Shown piece after piece: positions 42,156-53,937 of a stretch of DNA of 64,000 bases. The DNA lies in assembly GCF_057098645.1 (NCBI RefSeq), contig NZ_CM169472.1. The stretch is one strand, 5' to 3'. The translations under genes were made by a program, and so were the position numbers. Each line of letters begins with the position of its first letter. Position 1 is the stretch's first letter. The notes under the pieces were generated by a model. That model was not told the origin of the DNA. It saw only the letters and a list, made by a program, of their open reading frames with translations, and did no database searches.

Positions 42156-44423
42156 TTACGCTTTCACACACATAACGTGGTAAATACCGTCAATAATTTC
42201 AGTCCCTTCAGTTTCGTGTTCAAATCCAGGGAAATGATGGTCCCAGGATTGCAGCGAGCGTAAATAACTTACTTGCGGACTGTTTTTATCGCCGAAGTTT
42301 TCACCAGACAGCAGCATCGGGATTCCTGGCGGATACGGGATAACTGAGTTTGCCGCGATGCGTCCTGGTAGATTTTCAATGGATACCAGTTCGACATTGT
42401 TGTCGACAATCGCGTTGTACGCTTCACGCGGGGTTATTTCCGCCACCGGTAGGCCGGAATAGGCTTCGTTCAACCGTGCGCCAGGATTGTTTTCTTTCAG
42501 CCAGGCAAACATGGTGTCACCCAGATCGTGAATCCCCATGTTCGCGTAAGTGTCAGGATATTGTTCAACAAGTTCCGGCATCACCTGCGCCAGCGGTGTG
42601 TTGGCGTCATAGTGGCGTTTGAAGGAGCAAAGGGTGTTAACCAGAGTCCCCCATTTCCCACGGGTTACGCCCATAGAGAACAGGAACATAATTTGGAAGT
42701 CAGTGGTGCGGGTAGGCACAATGCCGTGGCGACCAAGCCAGGCAGTGACCAGCGCCGCCGGAACACCGGTTTCTTCCAGTTCACCATCTTCACCCATTCC
42801 CGGAGCAAGGATGCTGACTTTAATCGGGTCGAGCATACTCCAGTTATCCGGAATATCTTTGAAGCCGTGCCAGCTTTCGCCCGGATGCATTACCCAGCAG
42901 TCCTGAACGGTGGTCAGCAGTTTGGTTGGTGCGTCAGCAAAGTCATAGGTTTTGCCGGTTTGTGGGTCGGTGACGACTTCTTTGTTCCACGGTTTGAAGA
43001 ACCAGCTACCGTCAGCGGTGAACTCTTTATACAGCCGCGCCATCGCCTGACGGAAATCAACCGCTTCGTCGATCACTTCCTGCGTCAGTGACAGGCCGCT
43101 GTTGCCGTCCATCATCGACACCGCCACGTCGTTGGATGCGCAGATGGCATACAGCGGGGAGGTGGTGGCATGCATCATGTAGGCCTGGTTGAAGCGGGAG
43201 AAGTTAATCGCCCCACGACCTTCACGTACATGAATATAAGAAGCCTGTGAAAGCGCATTCAGCAGTTTGTGGGTGGAGTGGGTGGCGAAAACGGTAGGAC
43301 CGTTGTGATCGCCAGGTTCGCCGCGCATGGCATAGTGATCGGCATAGATCGGGTTGAAACGTGCATAGCCGTACCAGGCTTCGTCAAAGTGCAGACGATC
43401 GGAGGTTTTTTCCAGCAGATCCTGCGCTTCTTTAGCGTTATAACACACGCCGTCATAGGTGCAGTTGGTCACCACGCAGTAAGACGGTTTTTGTCCGGCT
43501 TTGTCTTTGGTCAGCGGGCTTTCACTGATTTTCTTCTGCAAGGTTTCAGGTTGCATTTCCTGCGGATAGATTGGCCCGATAATGCCGTAGCGGTTGCGGC
43601 TTGGCACCATATAGACCGGTTTCGCGCCTGTCAGCATCAAACCTTGTTCGATGGATTTATGGCAGTTACGGTCAACGACCACGACATCGTTATCGGTCAT
43701 GCAAGCCTGCATGATGGTGCGGTTAGAGCCGGAAGTACCGACGACTACCGACCAGGAGCGATCGGCACCAAATACGCGTGCGGCATATTTTTCGCTTTCG
43801 CCAAATGCGCCAGTATGGTCAAGCAAAGAACCGAGGGAAGTTCGTTCGATGCCCATGTCGGTGCGGAACAGATTTTCACCATAGTAGTCATGGTAGAAAC
43901 GTCCGGCGGGTGTTTTGGTAAAACCAACGCCGCCCTGGTGGCCTGGCGCTGCCCAGGAATATTCATGGATGTCACTATATTTCATCAGCGCGCTGAACAG
44001 TGGCGGCAACAGCTGCTGGCGGTAGCGGGTCATCGCGGCAACAGCGCGTCCGGCGATAAAGTCGGCGGTATCTTCCAGAATCCAGGCGAATTCATCGACA
44101 AGCTCCAGCAGATCCCGGTCCATTGCGGCGAGGGCTTTTTCCCGATCACCCAACAGGAAGACCGGCACGTTTTGTTGGCGCTCATGAAGCTTACCGATCA
44201 ATTGTCTGACGTTTTGATGTTCGTCCGGATGTTCCATTTGATAGCTGAACATCAGGCAGTCAATGGCTTCGTTTGAAGAGAGAATGGCAAAACCATCATC
44301 AAAGGAGGTGGATTTAATCACGGTAACATTTTGCTGGCTTAAAGCATCTGCCAGACGCTCAACGGCGTTACCGACCCAGGTGTCTTGATGGAGAAACTCG
44401 CTTTCAACAATTAATACTTTCAT
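42156..44423 (-). CDS. adiA: Biodegradative (acid-inducible) arginine decarboxylase AdiA
   Basis: 755 aa from MKVLIVESEF; PLP fold with ATHSTHKLL lysine motif; paralogous to CadA in this window. Confidence 0.9.
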   Translation of the reverse strand: MKVLIVESEFLHQDTWVGNAVERLADALSQQNVTVIKSTSFDDGFAILSSNEAIDCLMFSYQMEHPDEHQNVRQLIGKLHERQQNVPVFLLGDREKALAAMDRDLLELVDEFAWILEDTADFIAGRAVAAMTRYRQQLLPPLFSALMKYSDIHEYSWAAPGHQGGVGFTKTPAGRFYHDYYGENLFRTDMGIERTSLGSLLDHTGAFGESEKYAARVFGADRSWSVVVGTSGSNRTIMQACMTDNDVVVVDRNCHKSIEQGLMLTGAKPVYMVPSRNRYGIIGPIYPQEMQPETLQKKISESPLTKDKAGQKPSYCVVTNCTYDGVCYNAKEAQDLLEKTSDRLHFDEAWYGYARFNPIYADHYAMRGEPGDHNGPTVFATHSTHKLLNALSQASYIHVREGRGAINFSRFNQAYMMHATTSPLYAICASNDVAVSMMDGNSGLSLTQEVIDEAVDFRQAMARLYKEFTADGSWFFKPWNKEVVTDPQTGKTYDFADAPTKLLTTVQDCWVMHPGESWHGFKDIPDNWSMLDPIKVSILAPGMGEDGELEETGVPAALVTAWLGRHGIVPTRTTDFQIMFLFSMGVTRGKWGTLVNTLCSFKRHYDANTPLAQVMPELVEQYPDTYANMGIHDLGDTMFAWLKENNPGARLNEAYSGLPVAEITPREAYNAIVDNNVELVSIENLPGRIAANSVIPYPPGIPMLLSGENFGDKNSPQVSYLRSLQSWDHHFPGFEHETEGTEIIDGIYHVMCVKA

Positions 44424-44621
44424 CATTGCTTACCCGGTTATGAAGGAATCTTCGTTGCGGGCAAGTATCTTCCGGCCTTTTCGGGCTGTAAAGCGCGTGA
44501 AAAACAAACATTTTTGAAATATTTGTTTTTATAAACAATGTGTTATGTGATTATTTTAAATTATTTTCACTGCTTATTATCGACGGCTAAACTATTTTTT
44601 TGGCTGATACTGATATCGTCT

Positions 44622-45530
44622 TTAGCCGGGAAACGTCTGGCGGCGCTGTTGGCTAAGTTTGCGGTATTGTTGCGGCGACATGCCGACATATTTGCCGAAC
44701 GTGCTGTAAAAACGACTACTTGAACGAAAGCCTGCCGTCAGGGCAATATCGAGAATACTTTTATCGGTATCGCTCAGTAACGCGCGAACGTGGTTGATGC
44801 GCATCGCGGTAATGTACTGTTTCATCGTCAATTGCATGACCCGCTGGAATATCCCCATTGCATAGTTGGCGTTAAGTTTGACGTGCTCAGCCACATCGTT
44901 GATGGTCAGCGCCTGGTCATAGTTTTCGGCAATAAAGCCCAGCATCTGGCTAACATAAAATTGCGCATGGCGCGAGACGCTGTTTTTGTGTGTGCGCGAG
45001 GTTTTATTGACCAGAATCGGTTCCCAGCCAGAGAGGCTAAATCGCTTGAGCATCAGGCCAATTTCATCAATGGCGAGCTGGCGAATTTGCTCATTCGGAC
45101 TGTTCAATTCCTGCTGCCAGCGGCGCACTTCAAACGGGCTAAGTTGCTGTGTAGCCAGTGATTTGATCACCATGCCGTGAGTGACGTGGTTAATCAGGTC
45201 CTTATCCAGCGGCCAGGAGAGAAACAGATGCATCGGCAGATTAAAAATCGCCATGCTCTGACAGGTTCCGGTATCTGTTAGTTGGTGCGGTGTACAGGCC
45301 CAGAACAGCGTGATATGACCCTGATTGATATTCACTTTTTCATTGTTGATCAGGTATTCCACATCGCCATCGAAAGGCACATTCACTTCGACCTGACCAT
45401 GCCAGTGGCTGGTGGGCATGATATGCGGTGCGCGAAACTCAATTTCCATCCGCTGGTATTCCGAATACAGCGACAGCGGGCTGCGGGTCTGTTTTTCGTC
45501 GCTGCTGCACATAAACGTATCTGTATTCAT
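44622..45530 (-). CDS. melR: AraC-family melibiose operon activator MelR
   Basis: 302 aa; divergent from melAB. Confidence 0.9.
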   Translation of the reverse strand: MNTDTFMCSSDEKQTRSPLSLYSEYQRMEIEFRAPHIMPTSHWHGQVEVNVPFDGDVEYLINNEKVNINQGHITLFWACTPHQLTDTGTCQSMAIFNLPMHLFLSWPLDKDLINHVTHGMVIKSLATQQLSPFEVRRWQQELNSPNEQIRQLAIDEIGLMLKRFSLSGWEPILVNKTSRTHKNSVSRHAQFYVSQMLGFIAENYDQALTINDVAEHVKLNANYAMGIFQRVMQLTMKQYITAMRINHVRALLSDTDKSILDIALTAGFRSSSRFYSTFGKYVGMSPQQYRKLSQQRRQTFPG

Positions 45531-45812
45531 GGATGGCTCTCTTTCCTGGAATATCAGAATTATGGCAGGAGTGAGGGAGGATGACTGCGAGTGGGAGCAC
45601 GGTTTTCACCCTCTTCTCAGAGAGGCGAGGGGACTGTCCGAACATCATGAGGCCGAAAACTCTGCTTTTCAGGTAAATTATTCCCATAAACTCAGATTTA
45701 CTGCTGCTTCACGCAGGATCTGAGTTTATGGGAATGCTCAACCTGGAAGCCGGAGGTTTTCTGCAGATTCGCCTGCCATGATGAAGTTATTCAAGCAAGC
45801 CAGGAGATCTGC
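45531..45812. promoter_or_regulatory. Divergent melR/melAB control region (MelR and CRP sites expected)
   Basis: 282-bp divergent intergenic region; individual sites not mapped from sequence. Confidence 0.5.
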
Positions 45813-47168
45813 ATGATGTCTGCACCCAAAATTACATTTATCGGCGCTGGTTCGACGATTTTCGTTAAAAATATTCTTGGTGATGTGTTCCATCGCGAGG
45901 CGCTGAAAACGGCGCATATTTCCCTGATGGACATTGACCCCACCCGCCTGGAAGAGTCGCATATTGTGGTGCGTAAGCTGATGGATTCAGCAGGGGCCAG
46001 CGGCAAAATCACCTGCCACACCCAACAGAAAGAAGCCTTACAGGATGCCGATTTTGTCGTGGTGGCATTTCAGATTGGCGGTTATGAACCTTGCACGGTG
46101 ACTGATTTCGAGGTCTGTAAGCGGCATGGTCTGGAACAAACCATTGCCGATACGTTGGGGCCGGGCGGTATTATGCGCGCGCTACGTACCATTCCGCATC
46201 TGTGGCAAATTTGCGAGGACATGACGGAAGTCTGCCCCGATGCCACCATGCTCAACTATGTTAACCCAATGGCGATGAATACCTGGGCGATGTATGCCCG
46301 CTATCCGCATATCAAACAGGTCGGGCTGTGCCATTCGGTGCAGGGAACGGCAGAAGAGCTGGCGCGTGACCTCAATATCGACCCGGCTACGCTGCGTTAC
46401 CGTTGCGCAGGTATCAACCATATGGCGTTTTACCTGGAGCTGGAGCGCAAAACCGCCGACGGCAGTTACGTGAATCTCTACCCGGAACTGCTGGCGGCTT
46501 ATGACGCAGGGCAGGCACCGAAGCCGAATATTCACGGCAATACTCGCTGCCAGAATATTGTGCGCTATGAAATGTTCAAAAAGCTGGGCTACTTCGTCAC
46601 GGAATCGTCAGAACATTTTGCTGAGTACACACCGTGGTTTATTAAGCCAGGTCGTGAGGATTTGATTGAGCGTTATAAAGTACCGTTGGATGAGTACCCG
46701 AAACGCTGCGTCGAGCAGCTGGCGAACTGGCATAAAGAGCTGGAGGAGTATAAGAACGCCTCCCGGATTGATATTAAACCGTCACGGGAATATGCCAGCA
46801 CAATCATGAACGCTATCTGGACTGGCGAGCCGAGTGTGATTTACGGCAACGTCCGTAACGATGGTTTGATTGATAACCTGCCACAAGGATGTTGCGTGGA
46901 AGTAGCCTGTCTGGTTGATGCTAATGGCATTCAGCCGACCAAAGTCGGTACGCTACCTTCGCATCTGGCCGCCCTGATGCAAACCAACATCAACGTACAG
47001 ACGCTGCTGACCGAAGCTATTCTTACGGAAAATCGCGACCGTGTTTACCACGCCGCGATGATGGACCCGCATACTGCTGCCGTGCTGGGCATTGACGAAA
47101 TATATGCTCTTGTTGACGACCTGATTGCCGCCCACGGCGACTGGCTGCCAGGCTGGTTGCACCGTTAA
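45813..47168 (+). CDS. melA: Alpha-galactosidase MelA (GH4, NAD/Mn-dependent)
   Basis: 451 aa; N-terminal Rossmann motif KITFIGAGSTIF. Confidence 0.9.
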   Translation: MMSAPKITFIGAGSTIFVKNILGDVFHREALKTAHISLMDIDPTRLEESHIVVRKLMDSAGASGKITCHTQQKEALQDADFVVVAFQIGGYEPCTVTDFEVCKRHGLEQTIADTLGPGGIMRALRTIPHLWQICEDMTEVCPDATMLNYVNPMAMNTWAMYARYPHIKQVGLCHSVQGTAEELARDLNIDPATLRYRCAGINHMAFYLELERKTADGSYVNLYPELLAAYDAGQAPKPNIHGNTRCQNIVRYEMFKKLGYFVTESSEHFAEYTPWFIKPGREDLIERYKVPLDEYPKRCVEQLANWHKELEEYKNASRIDIKPSREYASTIMNAIWTGEPSVIYGNVRNDGLIDNLPQGCCVEVACLVDANGIQPTKVGTLPSHLAALMQTNINVQTLLTEAILTENRDRVYHAAMMDPHTAAVLGIDEIYALVDDLIAAHGDWLPGWLHR

Positions 47169-47270
47169 AACGCGACTAAACGCTACTGCGCCGGGGGATT
47201 TATTCCGGCGCACACCTCTGACGATACCAATAACAGAAGGCGGGCGTTGGTAACAGCGACCCGATACCCT

Positions 47271-48692
47271 ATGAGCATTTCAATGACTACAAAACTCAGT
47301 TATGGATTTGGAGCGTTCGGGAAGGATTTTGCGATCGGCATTGTGTATATGTACCTCATGTATTACTACACCGATGTCGTCGGGCTGTCTGTGGGTTTGG
47401 TCGGTACTTTGTTTCTGGTGGCGAGGATCTGGGATGCTATTAACGATCCGATTATGGGATGGATTGTAAATGCTACGCGATCGCGATGGGGTAAGTTCAA
47501 ACCCTGGATCCTGATCGGTACGTTGGCAAACTCTGTAATCTTATTTCTCCTCTTTAGTGCGCATCTGTTTGAAGGTACTACTCAGATTGTCTTTGTTTGC
47601 GTGACCTACATCCTCTGGGGCATGACTTACACCATTATGGATATTCCCTTCTGGTCGCTGGTTCCAACCATCACGCTCGATAAACGTGAGCGTGAACAAC
47701 TGGTTCCTTATCCGCGTTTTTTTGCCAGTCTGGCGGGCTTTGTTACGGCAGGTGTGACGCTACCATTTGTTAATTATGTCGGCGGTGGCGATCGGGGATT
47801 TGGCTTTCAGATGTTCACATTGGTACTGATCGCCTTTTTTATTGTTTCAACCATCATCACTCTGCGCAATGTGCATGAAGTCTTTTCGTCAGACAATCAA
47901 CCGTCTGCTGAAGGAAGCCATCTGACACTTAAAGCCATCGTTGCGCTTATTTATAAAAACGATCAGCTTTCATGCCTCTTGGGTATGGCTCTTGCTTATA
48001 ATGTAGCCAGCAACATTATTACCGGCTTTGCTATCTATTATTTCTCATATGTTATCGATGATGCGGATTTGTTCCCCTATTATCTGTCGTATGCGGGAGC
48101 TGCTAACCTGGTGACGTTAGTATTCTTCCCACGCTTAGTTAAATCATTATCCCGACGCATTTTATGGGCCGGAGCATCTATTCTTCCGGTGTTAAGCTGT
48201 AGTGTTCTCCTGTTAATGGCATTAATGAGCTATCACAACGTCGTCCTCATTGTGATTGCGGGTATTTTGCTGAATGTGGGAACGGCGCTTTTCTGGGTAT
48301 TACAGGTCATCATGGTGGCAGATACCGTTGATTACGGTGAATATAAACTGCACGTACGCTGTGAAAGCATCGCTTACTCCGTGCAGACTATGGTGGTGAA
48401 GGGCGGTTCAGCCTTTGCGGCTTTTTTCATTGCGGTTGTGTTAGGGATGATTGGCTATGTACCGAATGTTGAACAGTCTACGCAAGCCCTATTAGGTATG
48501 CAGTTTATTATGATTGCTCTACCGACTCTGTTTTTCATGGTAACGCTGATTCTCTACTTCCGTTTCTATCGCCTCAATGGCGACACGCTGCGCAGGATCC
48601 AGATTCATCTGCTGGATAAATATCGCAAAGTACCGCCCGAGCCTGTTCATGCTGATATTCCGGTCGGTGCAGTGAGTGATGTGAAAGCCTGA
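47271..48692 (+). CDS. melB: Melibiose:cation symporter MelB
   Basis: 473 aa from [20 protein letters not shown]. Confidence 0.9.
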   Translation: MSISMTTKLSYGFGAFGKDFAIGIVYMYLMYYYTDVVGLSVGLVGTLFLVARIWDAINDPIMGWIVNATRSRWGKFKPWILIGTLANSVILFLLFSAHLFEGTTQIVFVCVTYILWGMTYTIMDIPFWSLVPTITLDKREREQLVPYPRFFASLAGFVTAGVTLPFVNYVGGGDRGFGFQMFTLVLIAFFIVSTIITLRNVHEVFSSDNQPSAEGSHLTLKAIVALIYKNDQLSCLLGMALAYNVASNIITGFAIYYFSYVIDDADLFPYYLSYAGAANLVTLVFFPRLVKSLSRRILWAGASILPVLSCSVLLLMALMSYHNVVLIVIAGILLNVGTALFWVLQVIMVADTVDYGEYKLHVRCESIAYSVQTMVVKGGSAFAAFFIAVVLGMIGYVPNVEQSTQALLGMQFIMIALPTLFFMVTLILYFRFYRLNGDTLRRIQIHLLDKYRKVPPEPVHADIPVGAVSDVKA

Positions 48693-48716
48693 CGTGGACA
48701 ATAGCTAACGAAAATG

Positions 48717-48814
48717 GCCTGATGCGATATGTTTATCAGGCCACGTCTTAATGTAATGCTTTGGATTTGCAAATTTTGTAGACCGGATAAGGAATTCACG
48801 CCGCATCCGGCATC
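48717..48814. repeat. REP cluster between melB and yjdF
   Basis: GGCCTGATGCGATATGTTTATCAGGCC and GTAGACCGGATAAGGAATTCACGCCGCATCCGGCATC. Confidence 0.8.
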
Positions 48815-48830
48815 AACAAAGTGCACGTTG

Positions 48831-49460
48831 TTATCCGGTTATCAAGCCAAAGCGCCGTAGCTGGCGGCAATGAAAGCGAGCGAGGAATATCACCGTCGTT
48901 AATGCGCCAAGTAGCGCGCAGAACATATCGGATTGCGTGTCCCACTGGTCGCCCTGGGTGCCGAGAAAATCATCCGCTCCCTGGCCCATTGCCAGCGCCG
49001 CCCACCACTCGATTAATTCATACATCGCGCTTATCGCCAGCGCCACGCAACAGACCAGAAACGCCACCATTTTACGTCCGCGAACGTACATCCCGCGCAC
49101 AAGGATCTCACGTGCCACCAGTGCAGGCACCAGCCCCTGGAAAAAATGCCCCAGCTTGTCATACGGATTACGGCTCAACTTCAGCCATTCCTGCACCTCA
49201 AAACCAACGGGGACTTTCGCGTAGGTGTATTGTCCGCCGACCATCAGGATGATGGCGTGAAAGAAAATGAGCGTATAGAGCAGCGGTGTTAACGGATAAC
49301 GTTTAGCGGTGGCAAGCAGTAGCGGCACGACAATAATCACCGGTGTCACTTCCATCAGCCAGGTGAGTTTGTCATGGGCCGAAATGCCGGTATAAATGAG
49401 GATTAACGTTAGCGCCAGTGCGCCGGTGTTAAGAATTAACGGCTTGAGTGTGCGGGTCAT
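48831..49460 (-). CDS. yjdF: Inner membrane protein YjdF
   Basis: 209 aa hydrophobic protein; synteny. Confidence 0.8.
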   Translation of the reverse strand: MTRTLKPLILNTGALALTLILIYTGISAHDKLTWLMEVTPVIIVVPLLLATAKRYPLTPLLYTLIFFHAIILMVGGQYTYAKVPVGFEVQEWLKLSRNPYDKLGHFFQGLVPALVAREILVRGMYVRGRKMVAFLVCCVALAISAMYELIEWWAALAMGQGADDFLGTQGDQWDTQSDMFCALLGALTTVIFLARFHCRQLRRFGLITG

Positions 49461-49582
49461 GGTGAGTTCGCAAGTCAGGGAAAATACTGACTATTCACCA
49501 GCAAGCGTGAAATTACAATCGCAAAAGAGGTGGCCCAGGGGGATCACCTGGCAGCATGCTGCCAGGCGCTGGGCCGAAGAGG

Positions 49583-51229
49583 TTACTTAGTGCAGTTCGC
49601 GCACTGTTTGTTGACGATTTGCTGGAAGAAGTCGTTACCTTTGTCATCGACCAGGATAAACGCCGGGAAATCTTCTACTTCGATTTTCCAGATAGCTTCC
49701 ATACCCAGCTCCGGATAAGCGACGCATTCCAGATGCTTGATGCTCTGCTGCGCCAGTACCGCCGCCGGACCGCCGATGCTACCGAGGTAAAAGCCGCCGT
49801 GTTTATGGCACGCGTCGGTAACCTGCTGGCTGCGGTTGCCTTTCGCCAGCATGATCATGCTGCCGCCGTGGGATTGCAGCAGATCCACGTAGGAGTCCAT
49901 ACGACCTGCGGTGGTTGGGCCAAGTGAACCTGATGGATAACCGGCAGGGGTTTTCGCCGGACCCGCGTAGTAGATCGGGTGATCTTTGATGTACTGCGGA
50001 AGTTCTTTACCGGCGTCAATCAGCTCTTTCAGCTTGGCGTGTGCAATATCTCGGCCCACGATAATGGTGCCGGTGAGCGACAAACGAGTGGAAACCGGAT
50101 ATTGCGAAAGCTGGGCGAGGATCTCTTTCATCGGGCGGTTAAGGTCGACCTTCACCGCTTCGCCTTCACCGGCCTGGCGCAGTTCTTGTGGAATGTACTG
50201 GCCTGGATTGTGTTCCAGTTTTTCGATCCAGATACCTTCGCGGTTGATTTTCGCTTTAATGTTACGGTCAGCGGAGCAGGAGACGCCCATGCCTACCGGG
50301 CAGGATGCGCCGTGACGTGGCAGACGGATAACGCGAATGTCGTGCGCGAAGTATTTACCGCCAAACTGCGCGCCAAGACCGAGTTTCTGGGCCTCTTCCA
50401 GCAGTTCCTGTTCCAGCTGGACATCGCGGAACGCCTGACCATGTTCGTTCCCTTCCGTCGGCAGTTCATCGTAATAGTGAGCGCTTGCTAACTTAACGGT
50501 TTTCAGGTTGGTTTCCGCAGACGTACCGCCAATCACAAACGCGATATGGTACGGCGGGCAGGCTGCAGTACCGAGGGTACGCATTTTCTCGACGAGGAAG
50601 TTTTTCAGTTTGCCGGGAGTCAGCAGGGCTTTGGTTTCCTGGTAGAGATAGGTTTTGTTGGCAGAGCCGCCGCCTTTCGCAACGCAAAGGAATTTGTACT
50701 CGTCGCCATCTACCGCGTACAGGTCGATTTGTGCAGGCAGGTTAGTGCCGGTGTTGACCTCTTTGTACATGTCCAGCGCCGCGTTTTGCGAGTAGCGCAG
50801 GTTATCCTCGATATAGGTGTTATAGACGCCTTTCGACAGCGCTTCTTCATCACCGCCACCGGTCCACACGCGCTGGCCTTTTTTACCGACGATGATCGCG
50901 GTGCCGGTATCCTGGCAGGTCGGCAGCACGCCTTTGGCGGCGATTTCGGAGTTTCTTAAGAATTGCAGCGCCACGTACTTGTCGTTTTCGCTGGCTTCTG
51001 GATCGTGAAGAATAGCCGCAACCTGTTTCTGGTGTGCCGGACGGAGCATAAAAGAAGCGTCGTGAAAGGCTTGCTGCGCCAGCAGGGTCAGGGCTTCTGG
51101 TTCCACTTTCAGGATGGTTTCGCCGTCGAAGTCGGCAACGCTAACGTAATCGGAAGTGAGTAGATAGTATTCGGTATTGTCTTTCCCCATCGGGAAAGGT
51201 GCCTGGTAGATAAAGGGTTTGTTTGACAT
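49583..51229 (-). CDS. fumB: Class I (Fe-S) fumarate hydratase FumB
   Basis: 548 aa; synteny with dcuB. Confidence 0.9.
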   Translation of the reverse strand: MSNKPFIYQAPFPMGKDNTEYYLLTSDYVSVADFDGETILKVEPEALTLLAQQAFHDASFMLRPAHQKQVAAILHDPEASENDKYVALQFLRNSEIAAKGVLPTCQDTGTAIIVGKKGQRVWTGGGDEEALSKGVYNTYIEDNLRYSQNAALDMYKEVNTGTNLPAQIDLYAVDGDEYKFLCVAKGGGSANKTYLYQETKALLTPGKLKNFLVEKMRTLGTAACPPYHIAFVIGGTSAETNLKTVKLASAHYYDELPTEGNEHGQAFRDVQLEQELLEEAQKLGLGAQFGGKYFAHDIRVIRLPRHGASCPVGMGVSCSADRNIKAKINREGIWIEKLEHNPGQYIPQELRQAGEGEAVKVDLNRPMKEILAQLSQYPVSTRLSLTGTIIVGRDIAHAKLKELIDAGKELPQYIKDHPIYYAGPAKTPAGYPSGSLGPTTAGRMDSYVDLLQSHGGSMIMLAKGNRSQQVTDACHKHGGFYLGSIGGPAAVLAQQSIKHLECVAYPELGMEAIWKIEVEDFPAFILVDDKGNDFFQQIVNKQCANCTK

Positions 51230-51306
51230 AGCTTCCAGCCTGTAACTCTGTATTTGTTATTCGAAAATGGCGTGCCGCGTAGTCACGGGCGGCACTCAAA
51301 GTGCAT

Positions 51307-52647
51307 TTATAAGAACCCGTACATCGCGGCGAAGATCCAGCCGAAGACGCACGATACGCTCACACCAATCAACCCCGGCAGAATAAAGCTGTGGTTGATG
51401 ACGAAGCGACCGATGTGGGTGGTGCCGGAACGGTCAAACTGAATCGCTGCCAGATCGCTCGGATAAGTCGGCAGGATGTAATAACCGTAGCAAGCCGGTG
51501 CTGAAGCCACGATGTATGCCGGATCAACGCCGATCGCCAGCGCGACCGGAACAATCGCCGCCAGCGCCGCAGCCTGAGAGTTTACAAACTTGGAAACCAG
51601 CAACAGAACAATGGCATAGGCCCACGGATACTCTTTCACCATTTCACCCAGTACGCCCTGAATTTCAGACATATGCGCACCGAACATGGTTTCTGCCATC
51701 CATGCGATACCGTACACCGCCACGATGGCGATCATACCGGAACGGAAGACTTCGTTTTTTGAGATAGACGCGGGATTGGTTTTGGTCAGGATAATAATCA
51801 GCGCCCCGGTCAGCAGCATAAACATCTGAATAACCAGTACCATCGACAGCGGTTTGCCGCCGAAGGATGGACGCAGGTCCGAATCAGCACCAAGAAGGGC
51901 GACTACAGCGATTGCCCCGAGGAAAATCCACATTGCCAGCCAGTTGCTTTTCGGCAGTTTTTTATCGAGCAGCGTCGCGGTATCACCGTAAACATACTCA
52001 CGGTTTTCCGGTACGGAGATGAATTTCTGGAACTCTTCGTCTTTATCCAGATCTTTACCGCGGAACCAGCTGAAGATACCGATCGCCAGGATACCGATTA
52101 ACGTCGATGGAATGGTGATTGCCAGCAGGTCGAGGAACTCAAGATGGCGACCATCAAAGGTGACATTACCCAGCATTGCAACCAGAGACACGACCGCAAC
52201 CGACACCGGACTGGCGATAATCCCCATCTGTGCACCGATAGAACTTGCCGCCATCGGACGTTCCGGACGGATGTTGTTCTTAATGGCGACGTCGTAGATG
52301 ATCGGCAGAATGGTGTAAACCACATGACCCGTACCGCAAAGAATGGTCAGCGTACAGGTCACAAACGGCGCGACAATTGAGACATATTTCGGGTTGCGGC
52401 GCAGCAGCTTCTCGGCAATTTGCAGCATGACATCAAGACCGCCCGAAGCTTGCAAGGTCGCCGATGCCGCCACCACCGCAATGATAACCAGCATGACATC
52501 AACTGGTGGTTTACCTGGCTGAAGGTGGAAGACGAAGACCAGAATGACCAGACCGATACCGCCTAATAAACCCAGCGCGATACCACCCTTTCTGGCACCA
52601 TAAAACAGACATATCAGTATTATGATAAGTTGGATAGTAAATAACAT
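51307..52647 (-). CDS. dcuB: Anaerobic C4-dicarboxylate transporter DcuB
   Basis: 446 aa polytopic membrane protein; synteny with dcuSR and fumB. Confidence 0.9.
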
Positions 52648-53217
52648 GTGTGAACCCTCGCGATAATCCTATTTAAATTTTTGCTGAATAGATCACAGTC
52701 ACGTTCTGTTTTGTATGAACTGTTTTCAGAGCCTGACTAAATATCCGTTTGGTCGTTACCGGCTTTAGCAAATACCTCACAGTGAATATTGGCTGATTAA
52801 AGCAGCGGCAAATTTATGCACTGTGATAAGCGGCTTTTTCAGAGAGAAAAACTCTCTGGCGATGGGTTTAAAGTTTGTACTGCGCAGATGTTAATGTTTT
52901 GTTTGCTGTTATCTTATTGATATTTATCGGTCTATTTTTTGTTCTCAGAGCAGATATCATTAGGTTTATAGATTAATCTGATCTACCCATTTGTGGGTAA
53001 AAATACACATAATGCGGGTGACATAATAGTTAATTAACTTTTGTTAGCGTTTTGAAATTAAAAACACCGTTCACCTGAAGAGATATTAATTTTTAGCGAT
53101 GATGGAGGGATAATTATATTTGATCTGGCACAAGTTTTACTGATGAAGGATGTAACTTGTGCCAGGGATATTTTGCATTACGGTAATAATTATTACTTAC
53201 AGATAACCAGCGATCCG

Positions 53218-53937
53218 TTATTGGCAATATTGTTTCAGTAGTGAGTAGTGTTCTGCCTGAATACGGTAACGGTAAACTGGACGCCCCGTGACGCCATAAT
53301 GGATACTGGTGAACAAGATGTGGCAGTTGACCAGCCAGATGAGGTATTTACGGCAGGAAACACGCGAAATGTTAACCTCGTTGGCTAGCTCGTCGGTTGA
53401 AAACTCATAGTCCTGATGCGCGTCAATCCACTGGCACAGCGTGCGTAACGTCTGCGGCGTTAAGCCTTTTGGCAAGCGACGAGGATCCTGCTCGTTGGAG
53501 CTGCTGCCGTGGATTAGCTGATCAAGCTCGGCCTGGTCATAATACTGATGTTTTTCCAGCGCCATTTTCTTTTGCCGCCAGCCGGTGAGCGCCTCTTCAA
53601 AGCGGGAAGCCTGGAAGGGTTTGATCAGGTAATCCACGACACCGTAATGCAGCGAATCTTTAATGGTTGCCGCATCGGCTGCGGAGGAGATGACAATCAC
53701 ATCACTTTTGCAACGCGCGTTATGCAGGACAGGCAGTAAATCGAGCCCGTTCTCTTTTTGCATATAGATATCGAGCAATATCAGGTCGATAGGCGTATCG
53801 CTATTGAAGATAATCTCTTTGGCTTTCTCCAGCGTCGAGGCTGTTCCACAGCATTGAAAGCCTGGGATTTGTGCTACGTATCGGCGATTCAGCTCCGCGA
53901 CCATTGCGTCGTCATCGATAATTAATACATTGATCAT
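53218..53937 (-). CDS. dcuR: Response regulator DcuR (CitB family)
   Basis: 239 aa; MINVLIIDDD...LDIYMQ receiver. Confidence 0.9.
   Translation of the reverse strand: MINVLIIDDDAMVAELNRRYVAQIPGFQCCGTASTLEKAKEIIFNSDTPIDLILLDIYMQKENGLDLLPVLHNARCKSDVIVISSAADAATIKDSLHYGVVDYLIKPFQASRFEEALTGWRQKKMALEKHQYYDQAELDQLIHGSSSNEQDPRRLPKGLTPQTLRTLCQWIDAHQDYEFSTDELANEVNISRVSCRKYLIWLVNCHILFTSIHYGVTGRPVYRYRIQAEHYSLLKQYCQ

Noticed and set aside
43269..44276. 335-aa plus-strand ORF
   Set aside because: Antisense to adiA, whose frame carries the PLP-decarboxylase motifs.
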